A stretch of 64,000 nucleotides of DNA, taken from Balamuthia mandrillaris (Eukaryota). Of this stretch, positions 12,696 to 24,817 are shown piece by piece (position 1 is the stretch's first letter; the number at the start of each line of letters is the position of its first letter). Both the position numbers and the translations under genes were made by a program. Under the pieces are notes generated by a model. It was not told where the DNA came from, ran no database searches, and saw nothing but the letters and a program-made list of their open reading frames with translations. The stretch spans positions 124,001-188,000 of the forward strand of contig JAVKOQ020000050.1 of NCBI GenBank assembly GCA_031835245.2. Reading direction: 5' to 3'.

Positions 12696-13790
12696 GGTTG
12701 TTACCTATAATTTCTTTCTTGCCGCTTTCTTTCTTCACGTTTACAGTCAGTAGTAGTAGTAAGATTCCAAATGTAAGCTCGCTTACGTCATTCCAAGGCG
12801 GAGATTATCAGCACACGTCACCACCCGACAAATAGGAAACTTCAGAAAACAAAGGAAACAAAGAAGACCCCACCCGCACCGCTTGTGGTTGCTCTTTCCT
12901 TTGTCTGTTTCTCTTGTCCGCTGTTTTATGTATTTTGAAAGTGTTCCTACTTTTAGGCTTCCCCCTCCTTGATAGTCATATTAAAAACGTGCGGAGTTTT
13001 TGTTCTTCTTTTTTTTTCACAACCCACTCCTCCTCCACCCATTCAACTTGCTTTCACGTTGACGTCCACCCGTCAAAGCCTTGCGTCTTTTAAACTCTCC
13101 CATACAACCACAAGCGGACTAGCAAGGGGGAGGAAGAAAAACAGGCATATTAGGCTAAAAAGTACGTTCTCCACCACTCCCTTGAAGCAACAGACAGGAC
13201 ATTTGCTTAAAAACAGCAATTTGTGACATGGGTGACAAGACCCCAAAGGGGGGTCCTTACTCATTACAACTTACTTGCATGGGACAGCAGCAGCACCGCC
13301 AGCACCACCGCCTTAACATAGAAAAAACCCCCAAACCTCCAGCCAGCCAGAGACATGCGTTAATACAAAACCTGTCATACGCACGGAAACGGAGAAACAA
13401 ATAGAGAGAGAGAGACACATAAAAAAAATAACGGAGCAAGCGAAAAAACAACAAAGACAGCTGCCGCAGCTTTCAACTTTCATTTTTTTTTTGGGGGGTT
13501 CGCTACTTTTTTTCTTTCTTTCTTTCGTTTTTTTCTCTCTCTAACAGACAAGCAAACAAACAAATAGAAGCGCTCCTCTCCTTGGCTTCTCTTCGCTCCT
13601 CATCTCTTCTTTCTTTCTCTTCACCACGCAAACACCTTCTTCCGTTTTTTTCTTTTCGTTTTTTCTTTTTTTTTTGATTTGTTTTTTTTTCATTTTTTCA
13701 TTTTTTTTTTCAAATACGGAGATTCGATCAAGCGAACTTTCATCTTGTACTACTACACTCAAGAGCTAGACAGAGAGAGATACAAACACA

Positions 13791-15962
13791 ATGGCGATGG
13801 AATGGAAACCAACGGCCATGGACATGGAAATGGTGGAGCTGACGTCTCGCTCTTCTGCATCTCCCGAGCAAAGCGAGTGTCCTTTGATGAGCCCATTGGA
13901 CGAGGTTCCTCTCTCCTACTTTGACACCATGACGGAAGAAGGGGACGCCGCCACCGACTGCTACTACTACTGCGATGAGGACGAGGAATACGACTCCTAC
14001 GACTACGACTCGGACTATGACGATGACGACTGCTGCGAGGAAGGCGAGCTCATGGCAGAAGGAGGGGTGAATGCTCTCTCCAACTCGGCCTTTGCAGCCG
14101 TGTTCAACCCCAACGACAAACAACTGCAGTGGCAACATCAACAACAACGTCGGTCTCGCAGTAGAACCAACAGTCGCAATAATCTACACAACAGCAACGG
14201 CAACAAACAGCCAATGAAGAAGCAAAAGAAGAAGAGCACCATACCTCTGTTGCTTTGTCTGCCGGAGGAGATCACGCTTTACGTGCTCAGCTTTTTGGGC
14301 AGCGGGGAGGAGCTCTGTCGTGGAGCAGCCCTCACCAACCGCTACCTCTACGCCCTCTCTCAGGAGAACGCCCTGTGGAAGAGGATCTGCGAGCTGCGCT
14401 GGGGACCCGTTCAGGACTACTTGCAGGGCTACAGGTGGCTGAAGGGACTTTGCTGGAAGCAATACTACATCCAAAAGGCACATTTGCTCAAGTTTGGTAC
14501 GTATTTTAACACACCCAAACCAAAACCAAAAATTAACATTTTTTAATCAGGAGTGACATGGGAGTTTCCAGGAATGAGCGGAGAGGTGCCAAGCTCTCGT
14601 TTCGTGCACACCGGTACCCTGGCTGCCAACGACAAGATCGTCTTCCTGGGCGGTAAGGAGAGCGCCAATACCCGTCTGGATGACCTCTTCCTGATGGACC
14701 CCAAGAGCCGCGCCTGCACACAGCCGGAGGGCTTCAAGGGGAAGATCCCCAATATCGCTCGTCATACGGCCTGCTTGATGCCTGGCGACCCTAACAAGAT
14801 CATCGTCATAGGAGGCTATGGCAAGGAATACTTTCATGGTGTTTCTATTCTCGATCTTGGTAACCAATCTTCTTGTTTGTGTTCTAGCTTATTGTTAGAG
14901 GAGGGACTAAAACGTTGATTTCACAAAAAGCAACGCAATCGTGGCACACGATTCAAACAACGGGAACTGCTCCGCGTCACCGCTCGAACCACGCCGCTAC
15001 GGTCGTTGGCAAAAAGGTGTACGTCTATGGCGGCTCCTCCGACGGTGACGACGGCATGTACATCCTCTTGGGTGACTTGCATGTATTGGATACTGGTTTG
15101 TGTTTTCCTCTATCGCTTTCACTTTTTCTTCATACTATTATGATGTACAAAACAAAAAACTAAAAAAAAAATCCTAAATAAACAACAGAAACCATGGAAT
15201 GGACCGAAATAACCCAGAAGGACGTGAAGGGCAAGTTTCCGGGAGCAAGAGCTGGCCACAGGATGTGTACCATTCGCGACAAGGTCTTCATCTTTGGCGG
15301 TGGCGTGTGGGACCGTAGCAAGCATACTTGGGATCAAAAGCTAAACGAACTCTCTGTATTTGATCCAGGTAAACTTTCTTCCTCTTTCTATTTTTCTTTG
15401 CTTCTTCCTGTTCTACTTCTTTCCTCCTTTTTTTGTTTTTTCACAGCAATGAACATGTTGTTGACCGTTTGTATTGTGAATGTACAGAGAAAAAACTTTG
15501 GGTCCATTATTCGACTCCCTTGCCAAAGAAAGATGCAGCACCAATGCCTGATGCTTGCACCTTTTCCTCCATTTTCGCCATCCATGACTTTATGTTTGTT
15601 TGCTTTGGTCAAAAAGGTATGCTTTCTTTTCCTTCTTTTTCTTTCTTCTCTTTTTCTTCTCCTTCTTCTTTGTCATCTCACCATCAATGTCTTTGCAAAC
15701 AGTGAGCCAAGACACAGTAAGCAACAGCCTGTGGGTATTGGACACGGTCCAAATGAAGTGGGATGGCTTGGCGCCAACCCGAGGGGGCCTCCCTTTGGCC
15801 AGGGACATGACCTCCGAGACCTACGTGGAGGACCTCAACAAGGTCTTCTTCCTGGGGGGCAACAGCGGAGGCGCCTTTCAGTCGCCCGACCTGAGCGTGT
15901 TGGAGCTTCCCCCTTATTTTTGCCGACCCAGCTCTTCCTTCATTCTCTGCAACAAGAAGTGA
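13791..15962 (+). CDS. F-box and Kelch-repeat protein (multi-exon)
   Basis: F-box motif LLCLPEEITLYVLSFLGSGEELCR, followed by Kelch repeats (PSSRFVHT...VFLGG, PRHRSNHAATVVGKKVYVYGG, GARAGHRMCTIRDKVFIFGG). Confidence 0.9.
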
Positions 15963-16037
15963 GAAGGAATTTGCGCTTTGTTGTTTTTGTTTTATCGACA
16001 AAACAAAAAAAAAATTGTTTGTTTGTTTGTTTTATCG

Positions 16038-16173
16038 ATTTGCTCCGATTTTCTGCAAAAATTGTCACTTGCTGTTTTTTTATCGAAAAAAACGGAATAT
16101 AACTATCGGGAAAATAATTATTTGGGAGCATACCCGAAAGTTCGAAAAAAAATTGCAGAAAATCGGAGCAAAT
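16038..16173. repeat. Perfect 21-bp inverted repeat around a 94-bp AT-rich spacer (MITE-like)
   Basis: ATTTGCTCCGATTTTCTGCAA (16038-16058) and its exact reverse complement TTGCAGAAAATCGGAGCAAAT (16153-16173). Confidence 0.85.
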
Positions 16174-16295
16174 ATGGAAATTGCAGATTTCGTTGTATTG
16201 TGCGTTACGTGTGGAGTTCCACAGGAATCTTCGCTCTCAACTCTGCAGGCTGATCGGGGGAAACGCACCAGAAAGTAATTCTGAAAAATGCAACT

Positions 16296-16333
16296 CCATC
16301 ACTTGATCGCTTTGCCTCCTCCACTATTTAAAA
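16296..16333 (+). promoter_or_regulatory. Upstream motif plus TATA-like box of DUF4397-like copy 2
   Basis: CCATCACTTGATCGCT-N9-CCACTATTTAAA about 90 nt upstream of ATG 16424. Confidence 0.6.
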
Positions 16334-16423
16334 TCACTAACACGCTCACGCCAAAAGTTCTTCCCATCAACAAACGAACAAAACAAACACAAAGCACCTA
16401 ACTGCGAAAAACCATCCACTACA

Positions 16424-17326
16424 ATGAAGTGCTGTTCCTCGCTTGTGCTTCTCGCTCTTCTCGCCACCTTCAACCTCGCCCTCGCCCAACAACAACCACC
16501 ACCCAACAACTGCCGAGTCAAGGTGGTGCATCTCCTCCAAGGCGGCTCCCCCATCGATGTGCGAGTGGGTGAGCAACTGGTGGCTGCCAACCTGGCTTTC
16601 CTCCGCTCCCAAACCTCCCAGCCCAACCTCCCTTGTGGTCTCCAGAACGTCCAGCTCTTTGCCAGCGGCATGCAAGGCGACAGCTTCCGCTCTGAAAACT
16701 TTGCCCTGGCTGAGGGAGAGAATGTCATCAACTACATCGTCTTCGGAGGAGAGCTCCGCGAGCCAGCCAACACCAACGTCTTCTTGCTCTCCCACGAGCC
16801 GGTGGCCATTCCCCAAACGGAGGAGGGCACCATCAACATGGCTTTCTGGCATTACGCCCCTGTGGTGCGCTTGGAGCAGGTCCAGATGGATGTCTTGAAT
16901 GGCAACGAGACAGTGCTCTCCGCCATCGCCAACTTCCAACAGAGGACCAACTACATGACCATCCCTTCCGCCGATGCCCTGACCTTCCGCTTCTCCGATC
17001 TGGCTTTGGAGGAGCTCCTCACGGCCACGAGGAGTGTGGCAGCCTTGAGGAACTCTGGTGCTGGCACCGTCTTTGCTCTTGGTGCCAACGCCACGGAGCT
17101 CTTCCTGGAGGCCGACCCTGCCATCCTTGTCTCCTCTGGTGCTTCTTCCTCGGAGGGCTCAGAGTCCTCCTCCTCCAGTGGCCCTGTCATCCCTCCTCCC
17201 ACTGGAGATGGGGAGGATGTGAGCGAGAGCAGCAGTGCTGGTTCCGTGAGCTTGGGAAGCGAGTCCTCGGAAGATGACCTTACCAGCAGTGCTTCCTCTC
17301 TTTCCTCCTTCTTCTTCTCCTTCTGA
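16424..17326 (+). CDS. Secreted/surface DUF4397-like protein, copy 2 (300 aa, intronless)
   Basis: Inverted paralog of 2648-3538. The signal peptide differs, but the mature region differs at only about 20 positions, and the proximal 3' UTR is shared (TGAAACCTCTTC...CTTTGCCACGCCGTTT). Confidence 0.8.
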   Translation: MKCCSSLVLLALLATFNLALAQQQPPPNNCRVKVVHLLQGGSPIDVRVGEQLVAANLAFLRSQTSQPNLPCGLQNVQLFASGMQGDSFRSENFALAEGENVINYIVFGGELREPANTNVFLLSHEPVAIPQTEEGTINMAFWHYAPVVRLEQVQMDVLNGNETVLSAIANFQQRTNYMTIPSADALTFRFSDLALEELLTATRSVAALRNSGAGTVFALGANATELFLEADPAILVSSGASSSEGSESSSSSGPVIPPPTGDGEDVSESSSAGSVSLGSESSEDDLTSSASSLSSFFFSF

Positions 17327-17674
17327 AACCTCTTCGCCTTTGCCACGCCGTTTCCTACTCATTTATCCTCGATGATAGACATCGCTTTCATTTTTTTTTC
17401 AACTCCTTTTTGTACTGAGACCCCTTTTTTGCCGCTTTCAAAACAAAACAAAAGAACACATTTTTTTTCTATCACTTCTCCTCTTCCTTCTTTCTTCCTT
17501 CCATTCTTCCTTCTCTTCTTTCTTTGTGGTAAAATGTGAATTATTTTTGTCGACATTACGATTTTCGCAAAGAAAATATCAAATATATCTATATATTTAA
17601 ATATTTTGCCAAGCGGAAAAAAATTGTTGCCTATTTGGATGAATTTTAAAAATATTGTAATATATTAATAATAT

Positions 17675-17894
17675 TTAGTGGACCTTCAAAGTGACGCGAA
17701 TGTTCATGGCGGCCAGCTCCACCACCAGGTAACGGAAGACGTAGGGGATGGCCACCACCTCGATGCCCTTCTTGCTGTCGCAGAACGTGCAGTAGGCCTG
17801 CTTGATGTTGTGAGAGCCGGGCTTGATGCGGGTGCTTGGGGAGAGGATGCTGCCGCAGAGAGTACATACGCGTCCCTGTATTTGCGCATGCGAT

Positions 17895-17935
<41 letters not shown>

Positions 17936-20641
17936 AACAAAAGAGGAGGTAAGAAAAAATAAGAAAGAGACAAGAGAAGAAAGAACGCACGATAGAAAAA
18001 TCGGAGCATTTCATCAAGCGATCGTTGAGGAGGAAAGAGGTGCCGTGCGCCAACAGCGAGTCGCGCTCCATCTCACCGAAACGAATGCCTCCTCCCACTT
18101 TCCTTCCTTTGATGGGCTGGTGGGTCAAGTTGTTGACCGGCCCCGTGGCTCTCACCTGGTATTTGTCGCTCACCATGTGACGCAGTCTTTGATAGTATAC
18201 CACCTAAAGCACAGAGAATAGCAAAGCATGAGGAACAAAGATCAAAGAAAAGAAAAAAGAGAATACGGTACGCCAAGATAAATATCTGCCCTCAGCTCCG
18301 TTCCAAAGATGCCGCTGTACATGGGTTCATTGCCATAGTAATTGAAACCCGCTTTCAACAGCTGCTCTCCAAAATAGTGCAACGCGGTGTCCTTCTCGTT
18401 GAATCTGAACGGCGTTGCGTTCTGGAAAATGCCGTGCAAGCTTCCGGATTTGGAGGCCATGCTCTCCACCAACATTCCAATGGTCATACGCGAGGGGAAG
18501 GCGTGGGGGTTGATGATGACGTCCGGGGTGAGTCCACTCTCGGAGAAGGGCATGTCCACCATGGGCCAGAGCTGACTCATGACTCCCTTTTGGCCGTGGC
18601 GCGAGGCGAACTTGTCTCCAATGATGGGGTTACGGTTGTAGCGGCACTTGATGCTGAAATGTTGGATGCCCTCAGCGCTAGTGCCGATGACGCGGACCTC
18701 GTCCACGTAGGCCTCTTCCTTGTCTTTGAATTTCTTGACAAAGGCCTCGCCGGTGGTGGAATCCACTATGCAGTAGTAGGGGTCGTCTTTGTGCAATCGT
18801 TGGCCAACGTGTCTATAATATTTTTATTAAATGCTGTTAGAAAAAGAAAAAGAAAATGAACAGAAGTAACGTACGGAAGGCCATCATCGTCCAAGGCAGG
18901 ACAAAACCGCTCCGTGATAACTTCGCCGTTTGCGTTTTTCTTTTGTTGCAGCGGGTTGCCGACGAATTTCTTGCAGGCCCGATCCCTCTCAGCCAGGTCA
19001 ACGATCTCTGTCTTGTAGACGGATGCGTGTTCAAAGCCCCGCTCAAATGCGCTCTTGTTGATGATCATAGCGTCTTCCATGTCGTATCCTATTATGTCGT
19101 TACATTCGTCAATAGAGTAAGAGATGAGAGAGGAAAAGGGAATAGAAAGAGAGAGCATGGGAGAAAGAGACAGAAAGAAATGATCATGAACCTGTGTAAG
19201 AAATGACGGCAACGACGGCATTGGCACCAATGGGATAGTTATCGACCTCGTATTCCCTGTAGGTGTCCGTGCGACAAATGGGAGATTGGGGCGTTTGCAG
19301 CCGATACATTTTGTTGTCCACACGATGCCTCCACGAATGGCATGGCGTCGCCATAGATTGTTTACCCATCTTTTATCAATCCACTGTTAGTCTTTTGTAT
19401 GAAGAAGAAAGAGAAATGAAGAAAGAAAAATCATCGAGAGAGAAGATTGGAACCTGGCACTGATACATGTTTCTGGGACTTTGATTCATGTCAGAGAAGG
19501 GAGTGATGGAACCAACGAGGGACAGATAAGCGATGGGGCGTATTTCTTGATGCGTGAAGACCATTCCTTCTCCTTTGCCTCTGAGCGCTTCTGCTTCTCT
19601 GTCTTTGTCCATGCAGGCAATGTTCATGAAGACCTGCTCGAAAGAGCCGATGTACTCGATGTCTCCCGTGGCCAAGTACTTGACTGGACGCATCATGCGA
19701 GAGGCGGTCGTCCAAAGGAAAAGGCCTGGGAAAGTTCGTGGTGCCATTGAAGGTAGAACTAAGCCTATTTCTAGCATTGGTGGTACCTTTTTCACACGGA
19801 GAAAAAAGTAAATATGGAAAGAAAATGAGGCAAACCACCAAACAGAAAGAAGCAAAGGAGTATGTACATAAGGATCCGGATTCTGTTTTACTTTCAAGTA
19901 ACGAAGCTTGTCCACCAAACTGGTTATCAACTGTGGCGCCACAAAGCCCAACAACTCTCCATCCAAGAACACATCGATATAATCCTTTGGATAGACGATA
20001 GAAGAACGAATGGGAGACATTCCCAAAGAGGTCAGCAAACGCGGCAAAGCAGCGCCTCTATCCTGCTTCGTTACTACTTTGCAGGTGTGGGTCAGATGGT
20101 TGAGCAGGCCGCAGGGCGCTCCGTCGGGAGTATGGACAGGACAAAAGAATCCCCATGCCTCAGGCATTAGCTTACGAACGCTGGTGGTCTTCATTTCGGC
20201 GAAGAAGGCGCCACGATGTACGCAACGGAAGAGAGCAATGTACCGCAGCCAGTTCAATTTTTCGGCTAATACTACGAATCCTGTTGTCTGTTTTATGTAT
20301 TAATTATACAGTGAGATGAGAACAAAGGAGGAGAACAAGACGAAGATGATGAAGCAGAAGAATAAGAAGAACAAGGACCAGAAGCACAAGAAGCGAGGAG
20401 ATAAGGAAAAAAGACCTGCATGAGACCCAAGCCGGTGGTACTCCTTAAGTTACCAGTAGAAAGGAAATATTCAATTTTTTTGCCAATGTCAAAACAGCGG
20501 TCCATCGCTTTCTTCAAGTAGAGTTCAGGATTAGACCAATCGACCTTTCTGTTGCTGCGATGATCTTTCAATAAATTTAATGCCAAGTTTGCTAGCCATT
20601 CTTCTAGTTTTTCCTGTTATTTTTTATTTTGTTAGCAAGAA

Positions 20642-20683
<42 letters not shown>

Positions 20684-21277
20684 TAAAGAATGAAACATAC
20701 TTTGAGATACATGAGATAAATATGACCACCGAGAAGGATTTCTTGGTTCATGGGTGAGTCTGCGTTGTCTGGTCCTACTTCATTGTTGGCCAATGCATAT
20801 AACTTTCGAATCATAAAGCTACAAGAGAAGGAGAGAAATGAGATAACCTAACGCAAACGAACAAAAATAAGAGTTTTAAAAAAAGAAAACGTACATCAAC
20901 AAATCGAATTTGTTTTTGTTCTTTTCTGGTGGCAAATGTACAAAAATGTACTTCTGAAGAAGATATTCGCCCACCGCAACATCTGAATATCTATCTGGCA
21001 ATCGGAGCACGACCCTGAAACTATGTCCTGTTTGTTTGGCAAATCAGAGAGGGAGTAGAATAAAAAGAGAGAAGAAGAGCAACCTAAGAAAGCGAGACAT
21101 TGTTCCTTTGTGTGGCAGTTTTCGTAGAGAGAGGCTTCCCGCAACATGACCTCAACACGATCGGAAAGAAAAGTGTTATCTGTATCACCTCTCACAATGT
21201 TGTCATAAATTTCCCTATCAGTCGTTTCAAACAATGCCTGAAAATAAAGTGAGTTTGTAAATTGAAACACTCGTCAC

Positions 21278-21317
<40 letters not shown>

Positions 21318-21638
21318 ATACCTTTAAGAGAATGATAACGGGCACAAAGAATTCTTGCTTGCGTATGGTAAACCGAATGTTACAGTTGCCTGTGCTCAAG
21401 TAATGCAAAGTGAGAGTGACGTTGGACTGATCTTTCTTAACGCAGCGTATCTGCGTGCCGTATTTTGTGTAGTTGGCTCCTTTTGTCATCCATGAAGGTC
21501 TTTCGACTGCACTCACCTGTTTTTTTTTTTTTTGTTAATACATGGTAAGTTTGTTCGTCTTACGAAAAGAGAAAGTGGTGAGAGAGGATAAGAGGGAGAG
21601 GGAGAGGGAGAGGGAGAGGAGAAGGGAGAGGGAGAGGG

Positions 21639-21677
<39 letters not shown>

Positions 21678-22428
21678 AAGACGAAAAAAAACATACGTAA
21701 TTCCTGCGAGGCATGATCAACATACGAATGATCTTCTCCAAGCCATTGACCACGAAATAGCCGCCGAGCTCGTTGGCCTCCTCGTGTCGTTTCACCATCT
21801 CCGCGGGGCTGAGGCCGTAGAGGTTGCACTTCTTGGACTTGACCATGACCGGGAAGCGACCCAGCATGCGCTGCAGCTCGCCCGTTCGTCCACCGACAGA
21901 GTAGCCCAGCGAGGCGAAGCAAGGGCCGCCATACGTGGAAGAGCCCTCTCGGCACTGTCGTTGGGTGTGTTTGTTTCAGTGGACCGATCGGTGAAATCAA
22001 GAAGAGAAGAGAGAAGAGAGAAGAGAAAAGAGAAGAGCGAAGAGAGAAGAGAAACGAGAAGAGAGAAAAGAGAAGAGAGCAGCGAGAAGTGCGAAGCGCG
22101 AAGAGCGAAGAGAGGAGGAGCGAAGAGAAAAGAGTAGCGGTACCTCGCTGGGGTACATGCGGTCATCCAAAGCCTGGCGAGAGGGGTTGCCCACCTGGAT
22201 GTTGTTGAACCACACCTTGACCTCCGGCCCTCCTTTGTCCAGCTTGAGCTCCATGGGGTCCATGTCGGAGACGGCCAGGAGGAGGCCGTCCTCCATGGCA
22301 AAGTTGAAGGACTCCAGGTGCGGCACCGTGAACTCCACCAGGTGGGGGTTGGGCTTGGCGCGAACTCCGAGGACGTCGCAGCCCACCCCCGAGTTAGCCT
22401 GCAGCAGCGCCTTCTTTCGTAGCGACAT
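17675..22428 (-). CDS. RPA2: DNA-directed RNA polymerase I second-largest subunit (multi-exon)
   Basis: Motifs [100 protein letters not shown] and C-terminal [16 protein letters not shown]. Several of these are characteristic of Pol I. Confidence 0.97.
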
Positions 22429-22831
22429 GAGCTGAGCAGCGCGTGGGAAGAGAAGCCAAGAAATATACTAGAACCCGCAAAAAAAAAAAGGGTGCGAAGG
22501 AAGGAGGAAGGAGGAAGGGGGAAGAGAGAGAGAGAGAAAGAGAAGGGCCTCTTTCTTTCCTTTCTTTTCTTTTATTTATTTTTTTTGTTGAGAAAAAAAT
22601 TCGAAACCATGCTTGAGGTCATCTACTGCAGCTTTAATGTACACATTGTAAACATGTGGTGCAGCATAAGATGACATCATCACCCAAATTTTCATGACGT
22701 CTTGAAATTGATATCTGGAATTCTTTGATTGTGGATTGGACCAGATCGATTACTGATCAATTGAGATCATCCATACGTCGACAAAAATAAAAATATTGGT
22801 TAAAAAGAAAGTTAAAAAAAAAGCAAAAAGG

Positions 22832-23472
22832 ATGACGACGACGAGCTCTCACCTGCTCTACGAGCTTCCGGAGGAGTTGGAAAAGCAAGCCTTTGAGGAC
22901 AGCACCGCGGATCCCACGGGCCTCAACGCGCGCAGCTTCTGGAAAATCACGGGGGCGCGCTGCCAGACCGCCAACTCGGCCTACACCCGTTGCCAGGCGG
23001 AGCGCGGCCCCTCCGTCGGTGGCCGCAGCCTTTGCCTTACGGAGGGACAAGATGTTCTCACTTGCACCAGACAGACGTTCGTTTCCCCTTTTTCCCCCTT
23101 TTTATTTTTTTGATTGATTTTTAATCTTGTTAAACAAAAAAAAAACAGATGGAGGGACATAGCCACACATTGTATGCCGGAAGCGGAAGAGCACCAAAGG
23201 TGCATCATCGATAAGGGCTTCACCAAGCGTTGCCGAAAGACGGAGCAACCGCTCTATCGGTGCGTCCAGAAACACTTGGGCTTTGGTGCGTTTGAATTTA
23301 TTTTTTTTCTGTTAATGGCTGCTCTTTTTGTCTTGTCTCTATTGTTGCTGTTCTCGTTTTCCCTTTTGCACTTTGTTAGTGAACTTCTTTCTCGCCTCTG
23401 CTCTCTCGCTTCTCACCCTTCGCTTTCGTTCTATACTCCCTCTTGTTCTACACACTTCTCGCTCTTTCGCCG

Positions 23473-23507
<35 letters not shown>

Positions 23508-23802
23508 TCGCTGCTTGCACGCTCTACCGCTCGCTCTATATTCTCTCACTCTTCGCTCTATTTCTGTTTACTTTATTTTCTTTGTGGTCTTCCCTCCTTC
23601 TCTCTTCTTATCTCTTCTCTCCTACCTCTGTATCTTCTTTTATGTTTCGCTTATGACTCTCTCCTCCTTCTCATTTTTTTTGTTGACCCAAACAGATGCC
23701 GAGCGAGAGTGGAAAGTGCGTGCACGTATGGACCCGGATTCCACTGAGTACAATCCCTTCCATCAAACCATCCACAACCTTTTCGACAAGCTTCCTTTCT
23801 GA
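22832..23802 (+). CDS. NDUFA8: Mitochondrial complex I subunit NDUFA8-like (four CX9C motifs), 3 exons
   Basis: CQTANSAYTRC, CLTEGQDVLTC, CMPEAEEHQRC and CRKTEQPLYRC in a protein of about 160 aa. Confidence 0.8.
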
Positions 23803-23942
23803 GTTGAAAGCAGATCCATCAACAACAAAAACATCGTATTTGTTGTTGATGTGTGTTTGTTGTTTTGCTTTTTAACAATTGTCTTTGTTTTTCTTGTGCA
23901 CTTTTTTGTGTTTCGGTTGTCTTCTCTTTTCTTCGGTATTGT

Positions 23943-24785
23943 TCATAACGTTTCTTCCAGCTTCAAATCGAGTTTCTCTTTCATCCAAGTGAAGAACGCA
24001 TCAGAGGTTCCTCCACGCAACTGCGGCTCTTGTGTTTCTTTTAATCGACGTATTGCCTCTTCTTCTTCCTTTTCTTGCTCTGCTTTCTTTTCATCCTCGT
24101 GCTTCTTTCTTTTCTTTTGTTCTGCTTTCTTCTTCTTCTTCTGATAGAAAAAGACGAGTAAAGCCCTGCTAAGATAGGCTAACGCGGTTTCTCCTCGACG
24201 GCGATATCCTTTGTACCACTCTTCCTCCAAAAAGTGGAAGAAAGACGAAGAGGCAGTGAAAGTGCAGTTTTGAAGGATGTGGAAGAGGGCGGCGAGGGGT
24301 AAGGCGCGAAGCAACTTGAACTCGCCCTGATAGTAGTCATCTTGAAAGTCCCAATAGGGTTGCTTCACCTCTTCACAGAAAGAAAGAAAGAAAAAAGTTA
24401 AGTTAAGCAGACGAAGAAAGCAGAAGAAGCAAACCTCTTGGATGCCTTTCCAAAACACTATCATCGGCGAACATAAAGTTCTCCAACGCGCAAGTCACCT
24501 CAAACAGCAACCTACAAAGCAAACAAGCTTGTCTCACCACTTCATCCTCCGCGACAACAACAATATCCTCTCGCTTCTTCTCGTTATGGTTGTTGTTGTT
24601 GTTGAAACAACGGTCCAACATCCAAAGCAAGCCCTCTTCCAAACGATACAAGACGTGGTGGATGAGGGTGAGGGAAGGAAGCTCGTGGCGACGGTGCATG
24701 GCCAGGTATTTGGAGACCAAGTTGTGAAGCTTGGCCAAGCGAACCGTTTCTACGGTACCTATTGGTTTTTTATTTGTTTGTTAGC

Positions 24786-24817
<32 letters not shown>

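Noticed and set aside
17675..22428. Viral RNA polymerase (giant-virus insertion)
   Set aside because: The gene is intron-rich and has Pol I-type motifs; it is an ordinary host RPA2.
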